Positions 1 through 8,577 of a stretch of 64,000 bases of DNA are shown piece after piece; position 1 is the stretch's first letter; each line of letters starts with the position of its first letter. The position numbers were made by a program, and so were the translations under genes. The notes beneath the pieces were generated by a model that saw only the letters and a list, made by a program, of their open reading frames with translations, was not told the DNA's origin and did no database searches. This DNA is from an uncultured Alphaproteobacteria bacterium (lineage in GTDB: Bacteria; Pseudomonadota; Alphaproteobacteria; Rhizobiales; Xanthobacteraceae). The DNA lies in NCBI GenBank assembly GCA_963696555.1, contig CAVOKR010000006.1:2660-66659 (forward strand), read 5' to 3'.

Positions 1-344
1 GCGGTGGTGTTGTTGGGCTCCGGGCTCGCGGGCCTGCATTTGCGCACGGAGGGTCGTGCGGTCGCGCCTTGGCCGCTCGCCGCGTTGCACGGGCTTCTGG
101 CGATCGGCGGTCTCTCGTGCCTCGCTCTCGCGCTGCGGGGCCCGCCGCGGGGATTGGATCAAGGCACTGCTTCCTTCGGCATGATCTGCCATGACGCTGA
201 TCGCGCTCGCAGCCCTGGTGGGCGTCGGCCTCCTGGCGGCCCATGTCTTCAAGGGGCGGGTCCCTGGGCATCATGATCGGCATTCACGCCACGCTCGCCG
301 TCAGCGGCTTCGTGGTTCTCGCCGCATACGTTTTCGTCGGATAG
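1..344 (+). pseudogene. 3' part of a small hydrophobic membrane protein, frame broken twice (about 190 and 270)
   Basis: Three hydrophobic ORF pieces in different + frames (..GLLAIGGLSCLALAL / LIALAALVGVGLLAAHVF / IMIGIHATLAVSGFVVLAAYVFVG, stop 342-344) join into one TM-rich protein only if two 1-nt shifts are allowed. Confidence 0.35.
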
Positions 345-360
345 CGCGCTCGACAGGGCC

Positions 361-498
361 GCTAAAACGTAGTCGCTTTAGGCTGAATCACATTCCGCTC
401 GTCCCCGCGAAAGCGGGGACCCAGCCGGCTGCCACGAAGAACTGGATTCCCGCTTTCGCGGGAATGAGCGGCGCTGTTTCGGCGATAAACAAACGTGC
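361..498. repeat. MITE/REP-like palindromic element, copy A (family with gtccccgcgaaagcggggac and attcccgctttcgcgggaat hairpins)
   Basis: Two internal GC hairpins. Near-identical inverted copy at 2741-2884. Gives the spurious ..NWIPAFAGMSG.. ORFs seen in the ORF track. Confidence 0.85.
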
Positions 499-545
499 TT
501 TAGACGGCGAACCGCAGGCTCGCGTCGGGCCAAGCTAGCGCGCAA

Positions 546-1220
546 TCAGGATCGGGCGGCGGTCCAGATGACATGGTGGGCGCCGCCACGGGCGCGACGG
601 GCGCGGGCGCGGACCTCATCCACCTGAAATCCGGCCTCGCGCAGCCGCCCGGCGAAAATCTTGTCCGGTCCGGCTGACCAGACGGCCAGCACGCCGCGCG
701 GGCGGAGCGCCGCGTAAGCCGCGCGCAACCCGGCCAGGTCGTAGAGCCGGTCATTGGCCTTGCGGCTGAGCGCCTCGGGGCCGTTGTCCACATCGAGCAG
801 GATCGCGTCATAGGCCGACGGCGCGGACCTGATCAGATGACCGACATCGTCCTCGCGAATGCTGACACGCGCATCGGCCAGGCTGTCTCCGAATGCTCCC
901 GCCAGCACACCGCGGTTCCAAGCCACCACCGCCGGGGCGAGCTCCGCGACCACGATCCGGGCGTCTTTATCGACCGCACGCAGCACTGCCCGCAGCGTGA
1001 AGCCCATGCCGAGGCCGCCGATCAGGATTTGCGGCCGCTTGCGGTCCGCGATCTTCGCGATGGCGAGTTCGGCGAGCGCCTCTTCGGAGCCATGGACCCG
1101 GCTGTTCATGAGTTCGTTGTGGCCGAGCCGGATCGAAAACTCGGCGCCGCGCTGCAGGAGCCGCAGTTCGCCGCCGTCACCGGGCAACTGAGCCGTATCG
1201 ATCAAGGTCCAGGGGATCAC
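546..1220 (-). CDS. class I SAM-dependent methyltransferase, spermidine-synthase-like
   Basis: 224-aa intact ORF. ILIGGLGMGFTLRAVL glycine-rich SAM motif, ..YDAILLDVDNGP.. motif typical of spermine/spermidine-synthase-like proteins. Confidence 0.75.
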   Translation of the reverse strand: MIPWTLIDTAQLPGDGGELRLLQRGAEFSIRLGHNELMNSRVHGSEEALAELAIAKIADRKRPQILIGGLGMGFTLRAVLRAVDKDARIVVAELAPAVVAWNRGVLAGAFGDSLADARVSIREDDVGHLIRSAPSAYDAILLDVDNGPEALSRKANDRLYDLAGLRAAYAALRPRGVLAVWSAGPDKIFAGRLREAGFQVDEVRARARRARGGAHHVIWTAARS

Positions 1221-1310
1221 CGCGGGCGCTCGCGCCGGGCTGCGTCTTTCAGGAGGAAGCTTGCCATCGACGCATCAATCGTCTGGGGCGGCCGTGAAGC
1301 CGGCACGTGT

Positions 1311-1517
1311 TCAGGTTTTCGCGCCGAGCCATTTGGACTGCCAGTCTTCCGACCAGCCGCGGATGTCCGATAGCGCGCTCTTGGATGTCAGTTCGAGGTT
1401 TCGCTGCATGGCCAGACAGAATGCCGTCATTTCGGTTTCGGTCAAAGGCTTGGTCAACTGCTGCTTGCGCAGCTTTGCTTCGACTTCGCTTTTTGCTTCT
1501 TCGTTTGTCATGGACAT
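1311..1517 (-). CDS. small conserved hypothetical protein (68 aa)
   Basis: MSMTNEEAKSEVEAKLRKQQL.. ORF with gaagga Shine-Dalgarno just upstream of ATG at 1517. The longer 106-aa version starts in Arg-rich non-coding-looking sequence. Confidence 0.55.
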   Translation of the reverse strand: MSMTNEEAKSEVEAKLRKQQLTKPLTETEMTAFCLAMQRNLELTSKSALSDIRGWSEDWQSKWLGAKT

Positions 1518-1663
1518 CCTTCGCCGCCTCGGCTGCCGGTTCGCGCTCGCGGATTTTGCCGCCGGAATTGCCACCGGATGGGCACATAAGGGCCGGGATA
1601 AGGAGGGACGGCCAACTCCCCGAACAGACACTGCGGCTGATTGGCGAGTTTAGCCGGGTTGGC

Positions 1664-1704
1664 ATTACAAATCCGCTGCTCTACCGCTGAGCTCACGCGG
1701 CGCC
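1664..1704 (-). other. orphan 5' half of a tRNA-Thr(UGU)-like gene (no 3' half)
   Basis: Minus strand reads GGCGCCGCGTGAGCTCAGCGGTAGAGCAGCGGATTTGTAAT: acceptor, D-arm (GCTCAGCGGTAGAGC), 5' anticodon stem and loop with TGT. The sequence then diverges; no anticodon 3' stem or T-arm. Confidence 0.5.
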
Positions 1705-1844
1705 AAAGCGGCTTTTAAAAGCCGGCGCCGGAAATTGCCACTGGCTTATCGCTCATTTCCGGCGACGTCCGCGGTCTTAACGATGTTCCATCGCGCGGCA
1801 TGCGACTCCACAAGCCGTTGCGCGGCCATGATATAAGTCGCGGG

Positions 1845-2723
1845 ATGAAACACCGCTCCGCCAAAGCTTCGATCCTAGCCCTGGGCTTAGGCCTCCTGGC
1901 GCTCGCCGTGACCTTGTCGCCGGCCTGCGCGCAGCCCGCGCACCCCGCCGCGCGCGCGGCGCCATCGGCCGATCTCGTCTTGTGCGACCGGCTCGCCGCC
2001 GATCCGGCCGATCCGGACAAGCCTGCCGACATCAAGGGCACGTCCGCGATCGGACCGTCCGACATTCCGCTGGCGCTGAAATATTGCAAGATCGCGGCTC
2101 CGGGCTCGCGCCGGGCGCTCTATCAGCTCGGCCGCGCTTTTGCGGCCAATCAACAATTGCCCGAGGCGATCGCCGCCTACCGCAAGGCGGCAGACAAGGG
2201 CTCGACTTCGGCCATGGTCGAACTCGGCGTCTTGCTCGCGAACGGCACCGGCGTCGCCAAGGATCAGGCACAGGCGCACGAATTGTTCCGGCGCGCGGCC
2301 GATGCCGGCAATCCGCGCGGTGTGGTCAATCTGGTGGCGCTCGGCGACGACGGCGGCCCGCCGATGGATCCGGTGGCGGCCCGCGCCATGCTCGCCCGCG
2401 CGGCGGAGAACAATTCAGCGGAAGCGCAATTCCAGCTCGGCCTGATGGAGGCGAACGGCGTCGGCGGGCCCAAGGACGACGCCGGCGCCCGGGCTTTGTT
2501 CGAGAAGGCCGCGGCGCAAAATCATCCCGGCGCATTGGAATGGGCGGGCTCGTTTGCGGAAAGCGGACGGGGCGGCCCGACCGACAAGGCCATTGCCAAA
2601 TCGGACTATGAGAGAGCAGCCGCGCTCGGCAACGAAAACGCCAAGAAGGCGCTCAAGCGGCTCGAATGTCCGCTGATGCTCACCGACAAGAAGGGCAATC
2701 TGCTCACCAATCTTTGTTTCTGA
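1845..2723 (+). CDS. secreted Sel1-like (TPR-family) repeat protein
   Basis: Signal peptide MKHRSAKASILALGLGLLALAVTLSPACAQ. Repeated ..A..W(Y)RKAA(D/E)(K/A)G...A...LG..Y..G.GV..D units. Confidence 0.85.
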   Translation: MKHRSAKASILALGLGLLALAVTLSPACAQPAHPAARAAPSADLVLCDRLAADPADPDKPADIKGTSAIGPSDIPLALKYCKIAAPGSRRALYQLGRAFAANQQLPEAIAAYRKAADKGSTSAMVELGVLLANGTGVAKDQAQAHELFRRAADAGNPRGVVNLVALGDDGGPPMDPVAARAMLARAAENNSAEAQFQLGLMEANGVGGPKDDAGARALFEKAAAQNHPGALEWAGSFAESGRGGPTDKAIAKSDYERAAALGNENAKKALKRLECPLMLTDKKGNLLTNLCF

Positions 2724-2740
2724 CCGGCCCGCGACGGCTG

Positions 2741-2884
2741 GCACGTTTGTTTATCGCCGAAACAACGGCCGCTCACTCCCGCGAAAGCGGGAATCCAGTT
2801 CTTCGTGGAAGCCGACTGGGTCCCCGCCTGCGCGAGGACGAGCGGAATGTGGGGCGATCTAATCTGAAGCGATTGCGCCTTAGC
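2741..2884. repeat. MITE/REP-like palindromic element, copy B (inverted relative to 361-498)
   Basis: Reverse complement aligns almost base for base with 361-498. Confidence 0.85.
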
Positions 2885-3155
2885 TGATTTCCAGATCAAA
2901 CAAATTAACTAATGTGGCGCCGCTGCCGCATTATTTGGCGGTCGACAATGGGGCCACAGTGAGGCGATGGCGTCCCGGGAACTGTAACCTAGTTATGCAA
3001 ATCGAGGCCGTACATCGCGCTCCGATGATGTTATGACCCGCGTCCTTCTCGCTGCATGGCCCCGCCATCAACCGCAAGGTTTGGCGGGGCTTTCGTTTGC
3101 TGCGGGAAGGGAAAGCAAGAAGTCTTCTGTCCTGACAAACTTGGAGCTTGACGTA

Positions 3156-3620
3156 ATGAAGTTGACGACTGTTGCGGCCGCGCTCGCGGCCACGTGTCTA
3201 TTTGCTCACGGCGCGCAAGCGCGCGAGCATCATCATCATCACCATTTCATCCATCAACAGGCGAGGCGGGGTCTCCCAGCCCAACAAGGCGCCGGCTTTT
3301 TCCAGCCGCTTTTCGCTGCTGCCGCGGCAAGCCCCGCCGCGGGCCATCTCGGCGGCCGTCCCTCGGCGTGGTGCGGCTGGGAGATGCGGCAACTGGTGGG
3401 CGCCGATCCCGGTCCCGCCTTTAATCTCGCGCGCAACTGGGCGCGCTGGGGAGAACCCGGTCCGGTGGGAGTAGGCGCGGTCGTGGTCTGGTCGCATCAT
3501 GTCGGCAAGATTGTCGGCCAGCAGGATGGCCAATGGGTCATCCAGTCCGGCAATGACGGTCATGCGGTGCGCACCCGGCCGCGCACGCTCGCTGGAGTTA
3601 TCGCCATCCGCTGGGGATAA
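3156..3620 (+). CDS. secreted CHAP/NlpC-P60-like protein with a native His6 tract
   Basis: Signal peptide MKLTTVAAALAATCLFAHGAQA, then EHHHHHHF (3228-3245). ..SAWCGW.. Cys motif and ..WSHHVGKIVG.. His motif resemble CHAP-type amidase/peptidase active-site motifs. Confidence 0.65.
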   Translation: MKLTTVAAALAATCLFAHGAQAREHHHHHHFIHQQARRGLPAQQGAGFFQPLFAAAAASPAAGHLGGRPSAWCGWEMRQLVGADPGPAFNLARNWARWGEPGPVGVGAVVVWSHHVGKIVGQQDGQWVIQSGNDGHAVRTRPRTLAGVIAIRWG

Positions 3621-3643
3621 AGCGAAATCTATTCTCTCCCAGA

Positions 3644-3674
3644 GGCCGCTCGGGAAACCGGGCGGCCTTTTTAT
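3644..3674 (+). terminator. rho-independent terminator
   Basis: ggccgctcgggaaaccgggcggcc hairpin followed by ttttatt, 24 nt after the stop at 3620. Confidence 0.7.
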
Positions 3675-3735
3675 TGTCGCGCACTGGCTCGCGTCCGCGG
3701 ATGACTATATTACGTCCTCAACAGAGGACTTAGCG

Positions 3736-5068
3736 ATGACTTCGGCCCGTCAACTCCACCTCGGCGCTTTCATGCGGCCGGCGAGCATTCACACCGGCGC
3801 CTGGCGCTATCCGGGCGCATGGCCGGACATGAATTTCAATCTGCCGCATCTCAAGCAAAGCATCCAGGCGCTGGAGCGGGCAAAGTTCGACGCCTTCTTC
3901 ATGGCCGACCACATGGCGGTGCTGAACATGCCGATCGACGCGCTCAAGCGCAGCCACACCTCGACCTCGTTCGAGCCGTTCACGCTGTTGTCGGCGCTGT
4001 CGCAGGTCACCGAGCGCATCGGCCTCGTCGCCACCGGCTCGACGACCTTCGACGCGCCCTATCACATCGCGCGCCGTTTCGCCTCGCTCGATCATCTTTC
4101 GGCAGGCCGCGCCGGCTGGAATATCGTCACCACCTCCAATCCCGATGCGGCGCTGAATTTCGGCATGGACGACCACATGGAGCACGGCGAGCGCTATCGC
4201 CGGGCGCGCGAATTCTATGACGTGGTGACGGGGCTGTGGGACAGTTGGGCGGACGATGCCTGGGTCCGCGACGTCGAGGACGGCGTGTTTTTCGATCCGG
4301 CGAAAATGCATGTGCTCAATCACAAGGGCAAATATTTTTCGGTGCGCGGACCTGTGAATATCGCCCGCCCGGTGCAGGGCTGGCCGGTGATCGTGCAGGC
4401 CGGCGCCTCGGAATCCGGCCGCCAGCTTGCGGCCGAAACCGCGGAGGCGGTGTTCACCGCGCAGAGCAATCTTGCCGCCGGCCGCGAATTCTACGCCGAC
4501 GTCAAAGGCCGCATGGAAAAACTCGGCCGCTCGCGCGAGCACATGAAAATTCTGCCGGCGTGTTTTGTCGTGGTCGGCGACACCGTCGAGGAGGCGCGCG
4601 CCAAGCGGCAGAAGCTCGACAGCCTCGTCGATTACGCCAACGCCATCGCGTCGCTCTCGATCGCGCTCGGTCACGACGCCTCGAAATTCGATCCGGACGG
4701 GCCGCTGCCGGACAATATTCCGGAGAGCAACGCCTCAAAGAGCGGCCGCGAGCGCGCCATCGCGCTCGCCAAGCGCGATAATCTGACCGTGCGGCAGCTC
4801 GCACAACGGCTCGGCGGCTATTCGGGCCTCGCCATGGTCGGCACCCCGGAAACCATCGCCGACGAGATGGAAGAGTGGCTCGGAAGCGAAGCCTCCGACG
4901 GTTTCACCGATCATGTTTCCGTATTTGCCGGGCGGCCTCGACGATTTCGTCGATCGCGTCGTGCCCGAATTGCAGCGCCGCGGCCTGTTCCGGCGCGATT
5001 ACGAGGGCACGACGCTGCGCGATCACCTCGGCCTGCCGCGGCCGAAAAACCGATTCTTCGAGAACTGA
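3736..5068 (+). pseudogene. FMN-dependent luciferase-like monooxygenase, nitrilotriacetate-monooxygenase family; 1-nt frameshift near 4909
   Basis: MTSARQLHLGAFMRPASIHTGAWRYPG.. body is continuous to ..SEASDGFT. The conserved tail [52 protein letters not shown]-stop is in the next frame. Confidence 0.85.
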
Positions 5069-5788
5069 GTGAGCGCGATCGATCTCAGCCGCCGCAGTTA
5101 TCAGTCCGAGCTGATGGACACGGAGCTGGTCGATTACGCTCTGTTTCATCAGTGTCTGCAACAACTCACGATCGTCAATATTCTGTCGCTCGCCTATCGG
5201 CCGACCTTGCGGTGGCTGCGGCGGATCTTGCGCCAGACGCCCGCGGGCGAAAAAATCACGATCCTCGATATCGGCTCGGGCGGCGGCGACATGCTGCGGC
5301 GGATTTGGAAATATCTGCGCCGCCGCGGTTTCAAAGCCGAGCTTGCCGGCGTCGATTTGAATCCGTGGTCGAAGCGCTCCGCCGAGGAAACGACACCCGC
5401 GGCGATGAACATCACCTACGAGACCTCGGATATCTTCGCCTTCGACCCGTCGCGCCACGCCGATTTCATCATCAGTTGCAATTTCACCCATCATTTGACC
5501 GATGAGGAACTGGTCCGCTTCATCCACTGGATGGAGGCGCATGCGACGCGCGGCTGGTTCATCAACGATCTGCACCGGCACTGGCTGCCGTATTATTTCA
5601 TCAAGACCGTGTTCAACGCGCTGCCGTTCAACCGCATGATGCGAAGCGACGGGCCGATCTCGATCAGCCGCGCGTTCCGGGCTCCCGAGTGGCGCCGCAT
5701 CCTCGACCTCGCCGGGATTCCGCCGGCACGGCGGTCGATCCGATGGTTCTTTCCGTTTCGCTACGTCGTCGCCTGCCGCAAGGCGTGA
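5069..5788 (+). CDS. SAM-dependent methyltransferase domain protein
   Basis: 239-aa ORF starting on GTG directly after the previous stop. ILDIGSGGGDM motif I. Confidence 0.75.
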   Translation: MSAIDLSRRSYQSELMDTELVDYALFHQCLQQLTIVNILSLAYRPTLRWLRRILRQTPAGEKITILDIGSGGGDMLRRIWKYLRRRGFKAELAGVDLNPWSKRSAEETTPAAMNITYETSDIFAFDPSRHADFIISCNFTHHLTDEELVRFIHWMEAHATRGWFINDLHRHWLPYYFIKTVFNALPFNRMMRSDGPISISRAFRAPEWRRILDLAGIPPARRSIRWFFPFRYVVACRKA

Positions 5789-5800
5789 ATGTATTGCGCC

Positions 5801-6898
5801 TCAGAGCCGGACCCGGGTGCGGTTGACGATGAAGGTCGCGACCGGCGGCAGCGCCCATGGCATAAGCCGCGCGACGGCGGCGGTGATGCGCTGTGCCGTG
5901 GTGTTGACGAAGGCGACATTGGCGAGCTTTGCCCAGGCGATCTGCGGCCGGAGCTTCGCCAGCGCCGCAGCCTGGAACTCGCCCGCCGAACGGCCCTCGA
6001 GCGCCGCCTGCGCCGCCATGATGCCGGTATAGAGCGCAAGCGATGTGCCGTCCCCAGTGTAAGAAGGGATCACCACGAGCTGGTCGCCGACCGGATAGAT
6101 TTCGTCTGCAATAACTTCCGCGCGCAAATACCCGTAGGGAATTGAGGCGACCGCCACCGGCTTGTCCCATAACGCTTCAGCGCCGTTGAGTATCTTTGCG
6201 AAAAATGCCGAGCGCCGCGACAGAAACTCGGCATGGGCATTCCAACTCACCGCCGTATCGCCCAATACCTCGCGCTCGATGACCCAGCAGATCGTCGCAA
6301 TGCCGTCTTCCACCAGACACACGCCCGCATAGCCGCCGCGAAACATCGACAGATGCACCAGAGCCTCAAGCGTCGCCGCGGCTGCCGTGCTCGGGCGCAC
6401 TTGCATTTTGAAGGCGACATTCGCCGTCTGCGGGCGCTGCACGCCGCGCAGATTGTGTTTGCCGGTAGCGAGCGCCACATGGTCCGCCGGCATCGATCCG
6501 CCGGCGATGTGCACCATGGCGGTGCCGCCGTCGTGGTCCAGTTTCGTCACCGTCTCGCCGCGCCTGACCTCGGCGCCTGATCGCGCCGCGGCATCGAGCA
6601 GCGCCTGGTCGAGACGGTATCGCGACAGGCCGGCGGCGCGAAACGGCAATTTCACGCGCGCGAGATAATCGCCGAATTCGAGGCTGAGATGGGTCGAGGC
6701 CCGCGCACCGAGCTCCCAGACATCGACACCCAATCCTGCCAGTAAGGCTTGTGCTTCGGCGCTGAGGAATTCGCCGCAGACTTTATGGTGCGGGCCGGTT
6801 GTTCGCTCGAGAATGACGACGCGGCGGCCGTGTCCCGCAAGCTCGATTGCGAAGGCCGAGCCGGCAAGCCCACCGCCGACCACAATCGCCTCGGTCAT
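5801..6898 (-). CDS. FAD-dependent oxidoreductase (geranylgeranyl-reductase/aromatic-hydroxylase-like)
   Basis: N-terminal IVVGGGLAGSAFAIELAGHGRRVVILER dinucleotide-binding fold. 365 aa, intact. Confidence 0.8.
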   Translation of the reverse strand: MTEAIVVGGGLAGSAFAIELAGHGRRVVILERTTGPHHKVCGEFLSAEAQALLAGLGVDVWELGARASTHLSLEFGDYLARVKLPFRAAGLSRYRLDQALLDAAARSGAEVRRGETVTKLDHDGGTAMVHIAGGSMPADHVALATGKHNLRGVQRPQTANVAFKMQVRPSTAAAATLEALVHLSMFRGGYAGVCLVEDGIATICWVIEREVLGDTAVSWNAHAEFLSRRSAFFAKILNGAEALWDKPVAVASIPYGYLRAEVIADEIYPVGDQLVVIPSYTGDGTSLALYTGIMAAQAALEGRSAGEFQAAALAKLRPQIAWAKLANVAFVNTTAQRITAAVARLMPWALPPVATFIVNRTRVRL

Positions 6899-7035
6899 CG
6901 CGGGTCCTCTGTGTCAAGCCGGCGGACGCTGGCGCACGGGAAAGATGGATGACGTAAGCGAGAATTAAAGGCAATTACGGCGGCTGTCACTCGTGTTAGA
7001 ATTTGCGGCAGGGAGAGAACAGGGAGGGCGAGATA

Positions 7036-7233
7036 ATGCGTGCCTACGCCATAGCGTTTGCGATTTTTCTCGCCAACGGAACAGTTCCGGCTTCCGCGCA
7101 AAGCGGCAAGCCATCGTGCGAGGCCGTATGTTTGAAGGGGCGCTGCGCTCCCGGAAACGTCAGCTACAACCAGTCCACTTGCATGAGCAAATGCGTTCAG
7201 GCCTGTAACCTGGGCAGGCAAAAACAAAAATGA
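7036..7233 (+). CDS. small secreted cysteine-rich protein (65 aa)
   Basis: agggaggg SD before ATG 7036. Signal peptide MRAYAIAFAIFLANGTVPASA. Six Cys in the mature part. Confidence 0.5.
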   Translation: MRAYAIAFAIFLANGTVPASAQSGKPSCEAVCLKGRCAPGNVSYNQSTCMSKCVQACNLGRQKQK

Positions 7234-8531
7234 CCGCTTTGGAGCGTGGACGGCCTGATCCGATCGAGACCGCGGGTATTGACGAGCTGCGCGCCATCCA
7301 GCTCAAGCGGCTCAAGGAGACCTTGGCGCGGGCCGAGCGCCATGTTTCCCATTACCGGGAGAAATTCGCCACAGCCGGCGTCGCGCCGTCCGACGTGAAA
7401 AGCCTCGACGGCCTCGCAAAGCTTCCTTTCACCACCAAAGACGACCTGCGGCAGAATTATCCGTTCGGCATGTTCGCTGTGCCGATGAATGAGATCGTGC
7501 GGGTGCATGCCTCGAGCGGCACCACCGGAAAGCCGACCGTGGTCGGCTATACGCGCGGCGACATCGACTTGTGGGCCATGCTGATCGCGCGCTCGATCCG
7601 CGCCGCCGGCGGCAGACCGGGCGACAAGATGCATGTCGCTTATGGCTATGGCCTCTTCACCGGCGGGCTTGGGCTGCATTACGGCGCTGAATATCTCGGC
7701 TGCACCGTCATTCCTGTCTCCGGCGGCTTCACCGAGCGCCAAGTCCAGCTGATTTGCGATTTCGCACCCGACATCATCGCGGTGACGCCGTCGTATCTGC
7801 TCGCCATCGCCGACGAATTCGACCGCCAGGGTATCGATGCCCGAAAGTCCTCGCTCCGCATCGCGCTGCTCGGCGCCGAGCCCTGGACCGAGGCGATGCG
7901 CAGCGAGATCGAGCGCCGCATGGGGCTCGACGCGGTGAACGTCTATGGACTCTCGGAAGTCATCGGTCCCGGCGTCGGCCAGGAATTTGCGGCGACCAAG
8001 GACGGGCTGACCATCTGGGAGGATCATTTCTATCCCGAGATCATCGATCCGGACACCGGCGCCGTATTGCCGGACGGCGAGGAGGGCGAATTAGTCTTAA
8101 CCTCGCTCACCAAAGAGGCGATGCCGGTGATCCGTTATCGCACGCGGGATTTGACGCGGCTCTTGCCCGGCCAGGACCGCGCCATGCGCCGCATCGAGCG
8201 CATCAAGGGCCGCAGCGACGACATGCTGATCATTCGCGGCGTCAATGTCTTTCCGACCCAGATCGAGGCGGCGCTCGCGGACGAGCGGCTGTTCGCACCG
8301 CATTACATCATCGAGGTGACGCGGCCGGACCGGCTCGACGAGCTCGACGTCATCGTCGAAACCCGTGAGCACCTGCCGTCCGACGCCACGATGGCGCTGG
8401 CGGATCGCGGCGCGCATCTGATCCGGGCCCAAGTCGGCATCACGGTGACGGTCCGTGCGGTGGCGCCGGGCGCAATCGAACGCTCGCAGGGCAAAGCCAG
8501 GCGCGTCATCGACAAGCGGCCGAAGAATTGA
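7230..8531 (+). CDS. paaK: phenylacetate-CoA ligase family adenylating enzyme
   Basis: 433 aa. SSGTTGKPT AMP-binding motif, ..YGLSE.. and ..IKGRSDDMLIIRGVNVFP.. motifs characteristic of PaaK-type ligases. Confidence 0.9.
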   Translation: MTALERGRPDPIETAGIDELRAIQLKRLKETLARAERHVSHYREKFATAGVAPSDVKSLDGLAKLPFTTKDDLRQNYPFGMFAVPMNEIVRVHASSGTTGKPTVVGYTRGDIDLWAMLIARSIRAAGGRPGDKMHVAYGYGLFTGGLGLHYGAEYLGCTVIPVSGGFTERQVQLICDFAPDIIAVTPSYLLAIADEFDRQGIDARKSSLRIALLGAEPWTEAMRSEIERRMGLDAVNVYGLSEVIGPGVGQEFAATKDGLTIWEDHFYPEIIDPDTGAVLPDGEEGELVLTSLTKEAMPVIRYRTRDLTRLLPGQDRAMRRIERIKGRSDDMLIIRGVNVFPTQIEAALADERLFAPHYIIEVTRPDRLDELDVIVETREHLPSDATMALADRGAHLIRAQVGITVTVRAVAPGAIERSQGKARRVIDKRPKN

Positions 8532-8577
8532 GTCGAGCGATTCGAACAACGTACGGCGGAATGCGGCATGGCGATGG

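Noticed and set aside
5069-6898. The methyltransferase + FAD-oxidoreductase pair as part of a type III polyketide (alkylresorcinol-like) tailoring cluster
   Set aside because: No type III PKS or any condensing enzyme is present in the neighbourhood. The association rests only on memory of similar pairs elsewhere.
8455-8577. The long 5' extension of the DpgC-like ORF (GTG 8455)
   Set aside because: It overlaps the paaK 3' end by 77 nt and translates to Arg/Ser-rich sequence. The conserved N-domain begins after about 8600.
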